Assembly: GCF_018350175.1 (NCBI RefSeq)
Contig: NC_058368.1
Location: 8,928,001-8,992,000, forward strand
Source of the DNA: Felis catus
Lineage: Eukaryota
Length of the DNA stretch: 64,000 nucleotides
Direction of reading: 5' to 3'
In this document: positions 1 to 12,187 of the stretch, in pieces
How the letters are laid out: the number at the start of each line of letters is the position of its first letter
Numbering within the stretch: position 1 is the first letter of the stretch
Made by a program: the position numbers and the translations under genes
Notes under the pieces: model-generated
Database searches by the model: none
What the model saw: only the letters and a program-made list of their open reading frames with translations
What the model was told of the DNA's origin: nothing

Positions 1-1620
1 AAGTTACCCAGGACACAAAGCATAAAATGGGAAGAAGATGGTCAGGATGATGCATTCTCTGACAAAGCAGATCCAGAGGAGGGGAGCTGAGTCCCCGCCT
101 TCTGTTCCCGCTTCTGGGCAACACCCTCCTTGGCGTCTCGGATATGAGACAATTTGACCTCCCCCGTGAACCAGCCCAGAGGAATGTCCTGACATGGCTT
201 CTCTTGCTCTGAGAAGTAGCACTGGCCCTTGGATGCTTAAGATATTAGGCCACTTCCAACAGAACCATGGCTGAAGGGGACTAAAAATACAAACGGAAAT
301 AGAACGCAGTAACATTAGGATCCTACTTGGTCTAGAGAGCCAGAGAAACGTGTCTGCACGCTGACGGATTTGAGAAATTCTGTTTGTGAGACCTAATTGG
401 ATCAATTTATTTTAAAACTCCAAATGCCTTAGAATAAATAACTTTATACAGCTGGCTAAAGGACTGAGCCTGTGGCCTGATTTCCAAGACACAAGCTTCC
501 TGCAAGTAAAGCATTCATATTAAATGAGGCTCCTTATCTTCCACCCAAAACAACAGAGCTCAAATCGTTTCTACCAGCTGTGAAAAACAAGAGTGCTTGA
601 GGAATTATTTTGCATATAATGTAAGAGTGAACATAAAGATACTTAACCAGTTTTTCACTGATTCACTTATGTTAACACCAGTCAATTAAGAATGTGAGGG
701 GACCTCGGAAAAGACGCCAGTGTTGAGCCCTTAGGAAGGAATAAGTGGTCAGAAAACTAGCAAACTAGTTTTAGCTGATTCTACACAGCCGCTACTGAGG
801 CTCAACTGAGGCCTGACATACATTAGATGCTAAGCACGTTAGAAACGGAATTAACGATCTTGCAAGTATTCCAGGTGACCACCATTGAGAGTCTCCATGA
901 CTCCATATTCCCATGCTAAGTGCTCCCTTAAGCCACTCCTGGTAGTGAGGAAGTAGAGCCCTGTCCTTTCAGAGCAAGGAAGATTGGAGCCCGGGGGAGG
1001 GGGGGGCGGTGCTCTGGGAGCAGGGCACTGCAGCAGCTGGGAAGGGGACACCAAGCCCAGGCCCAGAGCGGCTTTATTATGGCCATCCCTGGGGCTGGTC
1101 TGGACCACACAAGGCTAAAGCAGCCAGAACCTGGAGGTCTTATTGAACGTCATCAACCTTGGCTGCTCCACGCCCTACACAGCAGCTCACTCCTCCAGTG
1201 GTGGTGCAATGCTGCTGGAGAAGCACCACACTGACCTCAGTTTCACACAACTTGGATTCCTCCAGTTCCCACCAAGACTAGTCCCCCGTGCCAGTGCCCT
1301 CCGAACTGAGAACCTGGACCGAACCGAAACCATTACCCTAAGCCTTCAAAAACTCTGTTCCCTGGATCCAGGCCCAACAGTTGGGCCGAGAACCTGTCTC
1401 TATCCTCCCAATACCTCACCAGAAAAATGAGGGCATGTAGTAGTGAGAGGCGGGTCCCCTGACTCTTCCTCTTCAACGACGTTCTCTGTAACTAGGCTCT
1501 CAGCCACCAAATCCCACCCTCTCCAGGAGAGTTCCCAAAGGAGCTATCAACAACCTAAAATTTACACTGTATAAACCATTAACTTGATCTTTTAAAAGGC
1601 TAACAGGGGGCACCTTTCTA

Positions 1621-1800
<180 letters not shown>

Positions 1801-1960
1801 TTACAGCCAGAACCACCACCCATCCGTGATCCAGGCCACACAGGGGATGTTGCTTTTACTTGCTTTCTCACCCCAGCCCTTCCCATGCAAAGACATGGTG
1901 ATATTGCTTAAAAGGAAGAAAAGCTCAGAATTAAATCATACACACAGTCCTCAGCAGACG

Positions 1961-2155
1961 GTAATAATAATTAACATTTATATAGAGAGTACTTTGATCA
2001 ACATGACCTTTATCGATCCTTACGGCAACTTTGCAAGCTATCCCTACTCTACAGATGGAGAAACTGAAGTCAAACACGTTGGGAGACTTCTAAGGTCACA
2101 CAGCCAGAAAGTGGAAAAGTCAGGATCTCAGCTAGGTGCTTGTGGCTCTGAGTCC
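1961..2155 (-). mobile_element. MIR SINE relic
   Basis: MIR core-like segment acagatggagaaactgaagtc...aaggtcacacagccagaaagtgg. Confidence 0.7.
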
Positions 2156-2196
2156 GGTGTGTCTTTCTCTATACCAAGCAGACTCACGGTCAGGTA

Positions 2197-2300
2197 TATC
2201 TATCCATCTATCTACACACCATCCATCCATCCATCCATCCATCCCCCATCATCTATCCATCTATCCAGCCATCCAACCACTTATCCATCATCCATCCACC
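2197..2300. repeat. Imperfect (TCCA/TCTA)n microsatellite, probably the tail of an adjacent L2 relic (about 2300-2400)
   Basis: tatccatctatctacacaccatccatccatccatccatc... seen directly. Confidence 0.85.
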
Positions 2301-4300
2301 CAGCACTCATTGAGGGTATGCCAGTCGATGAGCACTAGATGTACACCAACAAACAGGGCAGACCAGATAGTCTCTGGCCTCCCTGAGTGTATCATCTAAG
2401 ACTTAGGCATCAGCAGGCAACAGTAATGAGCAGGTGGGTGAAGTCAAGTCCAGTGCTCTGGGAGGACTCACAGGGGCTCCTAACCCAGACAGATGAGCAT
2501 GGAAAGCAGTGTTACTTCCACAAACAATAGCATTAGCTTTACCATGACCCCCACTTAAAAAAAAAAATACAACATGCATGCTTATTTGAAAATCTTTTGT
2601 AATTTTTATGAGAGTATATATATCTCTATTTATGTGGGTATACATGTAAAGTTTCCCATTTAAAAAATAACTTGGATAGATCTACTTTGGAATATTTTCA
2701 AATATCACATGCAAACAACGCAAGTTAAAACATAAACACAAAGCCATGACTTTTCCAAATACTTCTCAAGCCCCCATAGATCACTCCGACTACAACAAAT
2801 CTGAACTGGAGCTAAAAAGCAGGATCAAAGAGCAATGCTGGGCCTCATGGACAATGAGAATAGTACCCGACCGTGCACGCCACAGATGCCAGCGTTCCCA
2901 CTCACACAGAAACTCAAGCCATACTTTTCCCATGTGGGGTGGTTTCCGAAAACCAAACACTTATTTCCCACCCCCGCCAAATGAAAAGAAGGAGCAAATC
3001 CCTGGTTTGGTGAACGCATGTGCTTTCCAGTCACTTTAAAGATTATAATTTGATCTCCCTTGATCAGCGCAGGAAGGAAATTAAAGGCCAGTCTTCAGTA
3101 TAATCAAATTGCATGTAAATACTGAAAAAACATTTGCTATTTCCAATTCCTTAATCTCTTAAATATATTGGTCACATCCTGACGTACGCTGTCCCTTAAC
3201 CTAACCACTGAGGTCACTGTCAAGACTGTACAATGACACAACAAATGTGTTAAATAATGAAACACCGGCTTTCTTTCATTATATAACATTAATCCACATG
3301 ACTAAGCACACTTTGCTAAGGGCATAAATACTACTAACAACAATTCGTTCATGTAAGGTGGCCAAATGTCTTACCAATGGCTATATGGCAACTAAACGTG
3401 TCCTGCTATACCAAAAAGACCCACTGCGCCACTCACACCCTGGAAGGAGCCAGCCACTTTGGCAGAAAGACAAACCAGGAACCAAGAGCCAGATCTACTG
3501 GGTGTGGGTGTGCCTCCTCACTTCGCATCTCTGTGCAATGGGATAGTGCCTGCCCCATGGGGCTAGGAGGGGCCGTTATTAAAGGAGAAAATACAAAAAA
3601 CCAACAGCATAGCGTATATGCACGTAAGTTTCCTTCGAGGCTCCCCTTTTCTTTATCAGGAGCCCCTGGAATATCACATCACTCCAAAGGTTCTGTGGGC
3701 ACTGATTTCAGCTTCAAAACTGTCCTCTTGGTGAGGAACCTGATATTTGAGAAGATAACCTGATAACCTCCTCTGAGCCTCTGAGGCTGCAATATTTATA
3801 AACTCATACGGCAATTGACCCCAGCAACACCCTCAATATCTCCTGGCAAATAGCAGCACACTTCATAAGACACTGATACTAAGGGATTCTCATTTCCCCG
3901 AGAATTCCCAGGCGAAGATACCCGGACAATGCATTTCCAGGACTAAGAAAGTCACCTGGCTTATACCATGCACGAAGATGTCACCCCACCCAAGTCTACT
4001 CAGGGACATTCAGAAAAGGGGCAATGTGAACAGCTCTGAAGAAACAGTACGTGTTCCACGCCCTGCCCAATCAGAGGACAATAATAATAAAATAATTCAA
4101 CTTTTTGAGAATTCCATCACATCCTCTGTACAACCGGCCTCCCCCTTAAGTCAAAAGGGCAGTTATCTGGCAGTAATCCAGGTTCCAACGGTGAAAACCA
4201 AACATGAAAAGGGCCAGTTCCAACTTCTCACAGACCAATGCAACTCAAGATATTTCCCTGAGGACTCAACAGTTAAAATACTGGCATGTGGAATTCTTAC

Positions 4301-4440
4301 CAGCAATGGCACCTGAGGTCAACGTGGCGATTATTGGTGTTTTGGTCCTATCGTTGATTTTGGCCAAAAATTTAAACAGCAGTCCATCTTCAGCCATGGC
4401 ATAGATAACTCGAGGCATGGGGAACATGGAACCTAAAAGA
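4301..4440 (-). CDS. SLC7A1: SLC7A1 exon 8, 140 nt (c.1050-1189): [47 protein letters not shown] (missed by the ORF track)
   Basis: Hand-translated on the minus strand. Acceptor cctcttcctcccgtctag|TCTT, donor GCTG|gtaaga. Phase 2/1. Confidence 0.97.
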
Positions 4441-5211
4441 CTAGACGGGAGGAAGAGGCAAAGCGCACCTGTGACACCAACTCATCGGGAAAAAAGGCAC
4501 CATAACGTGACCACTATGTGGTTTGCCATGACGCACACCCCCGAGAGGGAGCCCTGAACTTCTCGCCAAGAGCTGCCACCCTCCAAACTAGGTGAAGTCC
4601 ACGGCTACAAGACAAATTTCAATACATCAACCCCGGTAAAAGCACTTACTGTGGCTGTGAGTCAGTGAATGGCAAATGTCTAACATAAACGAGGGTAGGG
4701 TCTAGTCATAATTTTTATGAAAGGGAAATTCTGTATTCATTCCCACGATAACTCTAGCTCAAACAGAAAATAAAAGGACTGCTGCGTTCATGAGGATCTC
4801 TCTGTGGTTAATCAATATTTACCAAATATTCGCTATATATACAGGCTAATAGGAATTCCAGGGGCAAAATGTTTCTTATTAAAAGGCAATTCCCTTTCTC
4901 AAGGGAGCCTCTCCTCTATGGCCAAATTACGGTGTTCAAAGAGGTGGCCTGGTCCAGGGGCCAGAGCTGGGGACAGAAAGCCAGCCTTGCTGAGCAGATG
5001 ATGTTAGAAAGTGGGCCCCCGACTCTCCAGAATGAAAGATCAATAACAGTTCGTGGTTTGGTTGATAACAACAAGGGGAGAAACCACATCATCAGGGTTG
5101 GGGTGCTGGTTCGACTTCAAGGGAAGAGAGTGATGTGAACAGCACCCCCCGTGCGTCGGGCCTCACACGGCCCGCTACAGCTTACCTTCCCAAGAGCTTC
5201 AGAGGCCTCAC

Positions 5212-5434
5212 CTGGTAGAGAGAGCACAGAGGGAGCCGACAGCCACCGCATACTTGGCACCTTCCCAGCCCACGTGCTTGAAGGCATCGGGCAGGGGGCT
5301 GTCCTTGTCCAGGCAGAAGTACGGCATCATGAGTGTGAGGGCGGCAGACACCCCGAAGTAAGCAATAAAGCAAATCAGGAGGGAAGCGACAATCCCCACG
5401 GGGATGGCCTTCTGAGGGTTCTTGACTTCTTCAC
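5212..5434 (-). CDS. SLC7A1: SLC7A1 exon 7, 223 nt (c.827-1049): [16 protein letters not shown]...[10 protein letters not shown]
   Basis: Acceptor ccttgctgcttccag|GTGAA, donor ACCAG|gtgagg. Phase 1/2. Confidence 0.97.
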
Positions 5435-6119
5435 CTGGAAGCAGCAAGGAGTCAGGCCCAGGAGGGTGAGCCAGCGAGGGGCATCCCCACGAACCCAGAA
5501 GGCGCCTGAAGACTTTCAGTGTCCAGAGAGCCCGTGCCCCCCACGAACGACTACCCCGCAGTGCTCGGCCCAGTGGGAAACACGGTCTTTCGGGCTTCTG
5601 GGACCCACGGAGGGGGCTCTCCCAACACAGACCAGAAGACCCAGACGCCCAGGGATGGCGTTCTAGGCCTTTACTCTGTGGTTCAGCCAAGGAAAAGACT
5701 TGTTTTCTTTGGCAGAGAAAATTCAGGAGGCCTGATAGAGCCCAGCCTATTCAATCACAAGAAGAACAATGTTTTTAATGGCCTCATTTCTCCCGGATGA
5801 TGCACAGATATGAAATCAGGCTGCAGCTACGGCTGTCATGATCCCATTCTGACGGCTGAACGGTTAGTCACGTTCATGATGCAGACTTTCCTGTCAGGCG
5901 CTGCCGCTTGGGGAAGTGATAAGGGGGGGGGGGGGGGGAGATTAGCAGGAAGCTACAAATCTACACATTACTCATGTGTGAAGGAGCTGCAGCCGGCACA
6001 TGCCCGCAGGAAGGAAAACAGCAACTCGTGGGTCAAGTCAGTCCAGCCCATCTGACGAGAAAGGAGGACCCTCCGCCCGGGCTCCGGACGGCAGGCGGGC
6101 GGGCGGGCGGGCGGCGTAC

Positions 6120-6241
6120 CTGTGGTGGCAATGCAGTCAAAGCCCACGAAGGCGTAGAAGCAGGTTGCTGCCCCGGACAGGACGCCAGAGAATCCGAAGG
6201 GCATGAATCCACCGTCACCAGGTTTCCCTACTTTCGTGTCA
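6120..6241 (-). CDS. SLC7A1: SLC7A1 exon 6, 122 nt (c.705-826): (N)[40 protein letters not shown]
   Basis: Acceptor ctcttttcttccag|TGAC, donor ACAG|gtacgc. Phase 2/1. Contains the TM6 YAFVGFD motif. Confidence 0.97.
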
Positions 6242-8499
6242 CTGGAAGAAAAGAGCCAAAGACCATGGACACCCACTTCACGGTCCTGAAGAGAAGCCAT
6301 TCCGGTCACCCCACCCGCCGCTGGGCAGGGGCGCTCCACACCCTTAGCGAATGATTCCCGAGACAGCTGTCACCCCACCGGTCACCCGGTGGGCCACGGG
6401 CCTCTGCTTTGTGAGGCCCAGCCACAGGCGCAGTCGCTAAGCCCTTTCCAGAAGCACCTTCTAAATGTCAGCTGTTCGGGGAGGGGGTAGGGACTATGAG
6501 GTGGGGGTGTCCAACGGGAAAGCGGGAAGAAACCAGTACGTGAGGCCTCTCCCCCAGGACACTCAAACGAACAACATATACTCTAGAACACAGAGCTGCC
6601 AACTGGGTGCAGGGCCCTCCACCCCAGGAACCAAATGTGTAAAGTTTCCCATATTTACCAGTAACTCAGGTCTCAAAAGCAGCAGAGATACTGAGGTTAA
6701 AAAAAAAAAAAATGAACTGTGTTATTAGTCGACAAAAGCGCCTCCTAAGCCCCCACACGCACGTGGTAAGCAGGGATGCCTACGTGGGTGCAGACCAGCG
6801 CCTACACGGCTCGGGCACATGGGCGGGGCTCGGGACATATCTGCCAAGGTAACAAATACCCAGTCCAACACATGTTGTAAGTCCTTTAAGATTCAGAAAA
6901 TAGTTCCAAGGAAGTGAAACGCGAGTCTCTAAATAGTGTGTCCAGGCCCAGAACAGCCGCACGGAGCCCGGGGCTGGCCATCACTCAAATCATTCTGGAT
7001 GGCTCCTCCAGGCCCTGCCTGTCACCAAGTGATTCTAAGCCTCATACGCCCCGGTCCTCTGCCACCGCCTGAAAATCAGCAGGACTCCCAGCCCCCTTCA
7101 TCAGCCATACGTTTAGCTGGCTGCCAGGCTGCAGGCTTTCTGTCACATGGTCACCTAATACAGAGTCCCAGAGGACAACTGTCCAGCTCTGCAGAGCGAG
7201 CTGCCCCAGACCACGTGACTTCCGAAGAGGAGCCATATAGAATATTCCAGTCCTACAGATGTTACAGTTGGGTTAGCAGATTGTTGGCCAAATTTGCTTT
7301 CAGCGGGATTTATCAACTAATAAAACAGACAGCCACTTTGGACCCAATATTTCCTAATAAAGACTGAGCCTGGTACGGATTCCTAGAGGGTTCCTGGTAA
7401 CAGAACCTGCCACTGAGCCACTGGAAGTCAGAGCGTGAAGCCAGTCCTCAGTCTGGCACCTACTACCGTTCAGTAAGCAGCAACGTGAGGGAAACCCCAA
7501 GAAACACACAAGTGATAGACGCAGGAAAAACTGTTGCTGCCAGACTCAAAGGGAAGTTGTCAGTTTAAGCTAGGACTAAAATAAACCCACGACCGAAGTA
7601 CAAGAACGGCAGCCCAGGACAAATCAGTCAGAAGCCACGGGACGCACCCACTGCATCCACACATCACAAAGAACATAGAATGCCTTGGTGGGCTGACGCC
7701 TATTATAAAAAATTTTAGGCCAAAGCCCAGAACAAAACCGCTGACAGCCAAATCCCTCAGGAGAGAGGGATGAGAAGATAAACGAGGGGCACTCACCATC
7801 AAGAGGGCTTCTGGGGGGCTCCTGGAAGACTCTTTCGACTTCCGAACATGGCTAGAACCTCAGGTCTTCGTCAAGACCCAGCTTCCCTGTAACTGTCACG
7901 ACAGACAGACAGGTGTGGAAGGCCTCCAGATGCCTACCCGCCTCCGCGGAGCCCTCTAACATCAAGGGCTACGGAACAGCCTCGAATGAGAACAAATGAG
8001 CACCAGGACTGACGGGTTTGCTTTAACAACCGTGAGGCAGAGGCACCCACAAAGGTTTTAAGAATTCCATTTGAAGGGAAGAGGAAAGTGCAGGACATTA
8101 CAAACATCGAACCCTGGAAAGAGGCCTCGCAGAAGAGGGATAGGGCCAGAACGTGCCTTTGTCACGCGAACAGGTGAAGAGGTGACCACCGAGCGCGGAG
8201 CTGGGGATGCCTAGCAGAGCACAAGAACGGCATCCTCCCTCCTCAGGACCGCAGCGGGGCAGGACTCCGATGGAAGGGGAGCGACACAGAAAGTCTGTCC
8301 CTGCATAAACTCCCGGGGCCACCAGCAAGAGTAACCAGGTTGCCACCGACTGTGTGTCCCCTCCAGCCGGGGCCCTTCTCGACTCACTGGCCACACGGGT
8401 GCTCGGACACCACGTGTCGACAACAAAGGACAAGGTCCTCGCGTACGAAAAGCCCTGCGGGATATGCTAGCAAGGGAAGCACGCGAGGTGCAGAATGTA

Positions 8500-8765
8500 C
8501 CTCTCTTTATGTGAAAAGAGAGGGGAATATACATATAAATTACATATATGAGTTACAAAATAAATGTAAATGTATACTTACAATTGCTTGTATTTATACC
8601 AATAAAAGCTAGAAGCTTACACAAAAAATAGTAAAAATGATCACCTATGGCGGGGGGACAGTGAGGTAGATGAAGGAATGGGACAGAATTTCTCAGTATA
8701 AACCTTTTTATAACATCACGACATACGAACCACGTGAAACATTGTCTACTCAAAAAATTAAGTTC
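8500..8765 (+). mobile_element. Ancient L1ME-type 3' end relic
   Basis: AT-rich text resembling an L1ME 3'UTR (aaaatgatcacctatggcgggggg...accacgtgaaacattgtctactcaaaaaatt). Family assigned by recall. Confidence 0.5.
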
Positions 8766-9289
8766 AACGTTTAAGAACAGTGTGGGGATCCCACTCTCGG
8801 TGGCAGCGTATCGCTGGGAAACCACCACAGAGCCCATTCTACTTTGCCTCGAACCAAAACATTTTGCAAAGGCTCTTTATATAGATCAATAATTAACCCA
8901 TGATCTGCAGGCGGTGGTCGTGCCCGCTCGGCATCTGGCAACTTACACACGAAGAAATGGGGAGGCAGGATCGTGCCACCACGTGGCGAACGTCGCCTGG
9001 CGACAGAGCAGGCTGAAGCCAGATCTCAGATCGGTGTCCCCTCCCCTGCAGCCGGGGTGACCGGCTCCTGTGCATCCCACTCAACCGGTTACCCAGATGT
9101 TAGCAAATAACTGGCAGAGGAAGGAAGGAAGAAACATCCCTGAGCCTGGGGTGAGGACTTGAGAGGGAGCCTCCATGGGGGTGAGGGGGGTCCTCCCCCT
9201 GTGTGGCCTTTTCCCACGACGTCAGTGGAAAACATCCTTCACCAAGACTCAACTGCTGTTGCTTCCACCCACCAACCCTGACATAAAGT

Positions 9290-9700
9290 GCTGGTTGCCC
9301 CCAGAAGCCACACCCCCTTCTTCTCCACAGTCCTAAAACTGAATTATTCTAGCTAGACATGGGAACACCAGGAACAAAGACAACATGCTTCTCAGATTCT
9401 CCAGCTACAAGGTGTAGCCACTTGATGTAAGCAGGCCTGGTGTACACAAGTCCTGAGAAACATCAGGCAAGTGAGGTGGAGAGGGAGGCTGCTCTTCTAC
9501 TTTTCCCATTTTCTTCCTGCTGGTGGGAGCCATCTTGGACCCTGGGGTGATCTTGGGAATGTGGGCCATGGACAAAGCCATCAGATGGAAGAACCACCAA
9601 AGCAATATGCTGGACTGCCTGCAGATGTTCACGTAAGAGAACTACGCCTTTATCTTGTGGAAGCCAATGTTATTTTGGGGTTTTCATCCCAACTGAAGAC
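9290..9700 (+). mobile_element. ERVL-class LTR relic (LTR16/LTR33-like)
   Basis: Motifs ttcttcctgctgg...gccatcttggacc...tatcttgtggaagccaatgttattttgggg typical of this class. Family assigned by recall. Confidence 0.5.
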
Positions 9701-10531
9701 AGACCATCCAACCAAACCGTCTCAGTAGGTTTCTATGCAGTGCTGTATCTTTACACTTCCTACATCTGTTATCCATCTACCGGACTCTGGAGAAGAAAGC
9801 CAGAGGGAGCACGTGGCAAAGGCAGCAGGGAACCAGCCAGACTGTCGGATGACATTCCTATTTCAGACCAAGAGACAGACTCCAGGTTCACGGGGGCCTT
9901 TACAGCCAGTCACGGAGAGAGCTTCATAAAATCACAACCCGATGTGGTCAGAACTGCCACCAAAGCCACGCAGGCTGAAGCTCCGCCATGCTTAGTGGTT
10001 TGGTCGGGAAAAGCCCTATTGTTTCAGAGAGACAAGCAATTTCATGCAAGGCTACATGGCCATGGTCAGAAGTACAAATCTACGGCTGGTTGGGGGCGGG
10101 GGGGGGGGGGGAGCGGAGAAGCAGTTTAGAGGTTTTAATAAAATGAAAGAGCAAGCTACACCCGAGACCCGCAGCACTCTACTGCAGAGGCAGTGTTCCC
10201 GAGGCTGGGCCAGCACAGTTCATCACCACCAGGACACAAAGTGTGTGAGGACAACCAATGCTAATAAATACCATCAGCTGGCGCAAACCATCTCTTCGTA
10301 AACACAATAAAATTACATCTCGATCGACAACCAGGAAATAGGACCTGCCATCTATATTTAATTCCTGATCTGTAAATAGCAACCAGAAAGATAGTCCCCC
10401 ACGTCTCAGAAATCTACTGTTACTTCCAAGCGTATTTGGAACTGGCTTCACTCCAGGCTGAGTTAATGAGCACCAATACATGTGGCATAAATGCGGCTCA
10501 GGAATGCTACATTAGAAATCCTCATTTCTCA

Positions 10532-10634
10532 GGGGTGCCCGGCGGGCTGAGTCAGTACAGCATGTGACTCTGGATCTTGGGGTCATGAGTTCAAGCCCCA
10601 CACCGGGCAGAGAGCGCACTTAAAAAACAATTAA
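10532..10634 (+). mobile_element. Short old tRNA-derived Can-SINE
   Basis: ggggtgcccggcgggctgagtcagtacagcatgtgactc...gagttcaagcccc B-box and A-tail. Degenerate TSD aaatcctcatttctc (10516-10530) / aaatactcatatctc (10635-10649). Confidence 0.85.
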
Positions 10635-10779
10635 AAATACTCATATCTCTGTAATCGATTTGAACCATTAACCACATAGTATTTCATGCATTCAATTCAA
10701 TAGTTTCCTGTAGTGAACTAGTCACGCATCAATGCCTGTCCAGTGACCGGACCACTGGAAGATATGACCCGGCCCTAAC

Positions 10780-11190
10780 CGGAGACCAAGTTCCCCATGA
10801 CCGCTCGGATCCCCAGCATGGGACCTCATTTCTCTGCCTCCCTTGCAGCTAGATGTGGCCACCTACTGGATTCCCACCAGTGGAATGTTGGTAGAGGGGA
10901 CACGTATCTTCCGGATCTGCCCTTGAGAGCCCTGGGCATGCTCTCTTTCACCCCCTTCCTCCTCTGGGACAGCTGGAGCTTGCCTGTGCCCACAGCCCAG
11001 GTCTGACCATGCAGAAGAGGACAACATCCTAGGGCATGACGGAACAATCAGGTCAACGACCAGGGTTCCTGAAAGCCTGTGTGCAGACAGGATGGCTAGT
11101 CAACCTGGTGTGCTCATGTCAGGATCTGAGACATCCTTTTAAAGCCACTGCATTTCAAGAGGGTCTCCTTATCAGAGCAGTTTAACCTTT
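10780..11190 (+). mobile_element. LTR16A-like ERVL solo LTR relic
   Basis: catttctctgcctcccttgcagctagatgtggcc and gaccatgcagaagaggacaacatcctaggg...ttaaagccactgcatt. Family assigned by recall. Confidence 0.6.
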
Positions 11191-12012
11191 TGTCATAATT
11201 AAAGTAGAATCACAGACAAAACCTCACTCCCCCCTTGTCCATCCTAGAACCCTAAGATTTACCTGAAAAATCTGACAAAAAAAGATCAAAAAGAGAACAT
11301 TCTAATTGGCTGGCTTTTCTTTCCTAGGTAATCTGAGTTTGCTGACGAGGCTTCACTGAGGGCCCTGACAGAGCACAGGTCCGAGAGCAGGCCTGTCACC
11401 TGCCTCCCATCCCGGGCATCTTGAGTCAGAGACTATAAGGGAGATGGGGCCACTGGCTTTCAGGGCTGGTGTACCCCAAGTCGCAGGTGGGAGAAAGAGA
11501 CCATTATAATCACATTTCAACACTTTAGTCATTCTGAAAACCTCTGATAAAAGCCTGTGATAAAAGTTTCACATATTTCTTCCCTCTGCATTATTAATAG
11601 GAAGACATTTCAGGGTCAAGTGACATCACCATGGTTTTGCAGAGAAAATCTTCTCTGAATGTAAAACTTAGAGGTTGGTCATGAAACAGAACGTGAGGAA
11701 AAACAGATAACTTACGGAGTCTGACAAAGATCCCCAACTATGTGTAATTTTAGAATTAGAATGAAATTTGTTTTCCTGAATAGCCTCATCATACAATGTT
11801 CTGTCGAGTTCAGAGAAATGAAACCTAACACAAATGTCAAACAAATAAAACACTCTCAACTATTTTACTGCAAAAAAAAAATTAATTCAAATTCAAATTA
11901 TATTTGTTGAAAAGGCATATACTGTTCTAGCCGATTACATGCCCCCAATGCATGTGTGTATTGTTAAGTACGAATCAGTTGTCACATGCTGAGAGGAAGA
12001 CGAACAACTCAC

Positions 12013-12187
12013 TTGTTCAGGCAGAGATGATGGGATGTGTTCTTGAAATCTTCCTCCGTGAGCTGCCAGTTTTTAATCGATCCTTTCACGAATCCTGACA
12101 CCATTATGAAGCCCAAGACCAGAACGTTGATACAAGTGAATATTTTGTTGACCATGGCTGACTCCTTCACACCGAGAGTTAAAAGTC
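12013..12187 (-). CDS. SLC7A1: SLC7A1 exon 5, 175 nt (c.530-704): [18 protein letters not shown]...[18 protein letters not shown]
   Basis: Acceptor ggtttttcag|GACTT, donor AACAA|gtgagt. Phase 1/2. Contains the N226-T-S sequon. Confidence 0.97.

Noticed and set aside
4..405. 133-aa minus-strand ORF with a hydrophobic end, considered as the next SLC7A1 exon
   Set aside because: No YQPEQP-like or other CAT-1 sequence. The next exon appears to lie outside the window.
5151..5666. 171-aa plus-strand ORF, and similar ORFs at 18066, 14218, 12037 and 5974
   Set aside because: Antisense shadows of GC-rich SLC7A1 exons with no independent coding evidence.
10532..10634. tRNA-like A/B boxes suggesting a tRNA gene
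   Set aside because: tRNA-derived SINE head with A-tail and TSD. No intact cloverleaf was evident.
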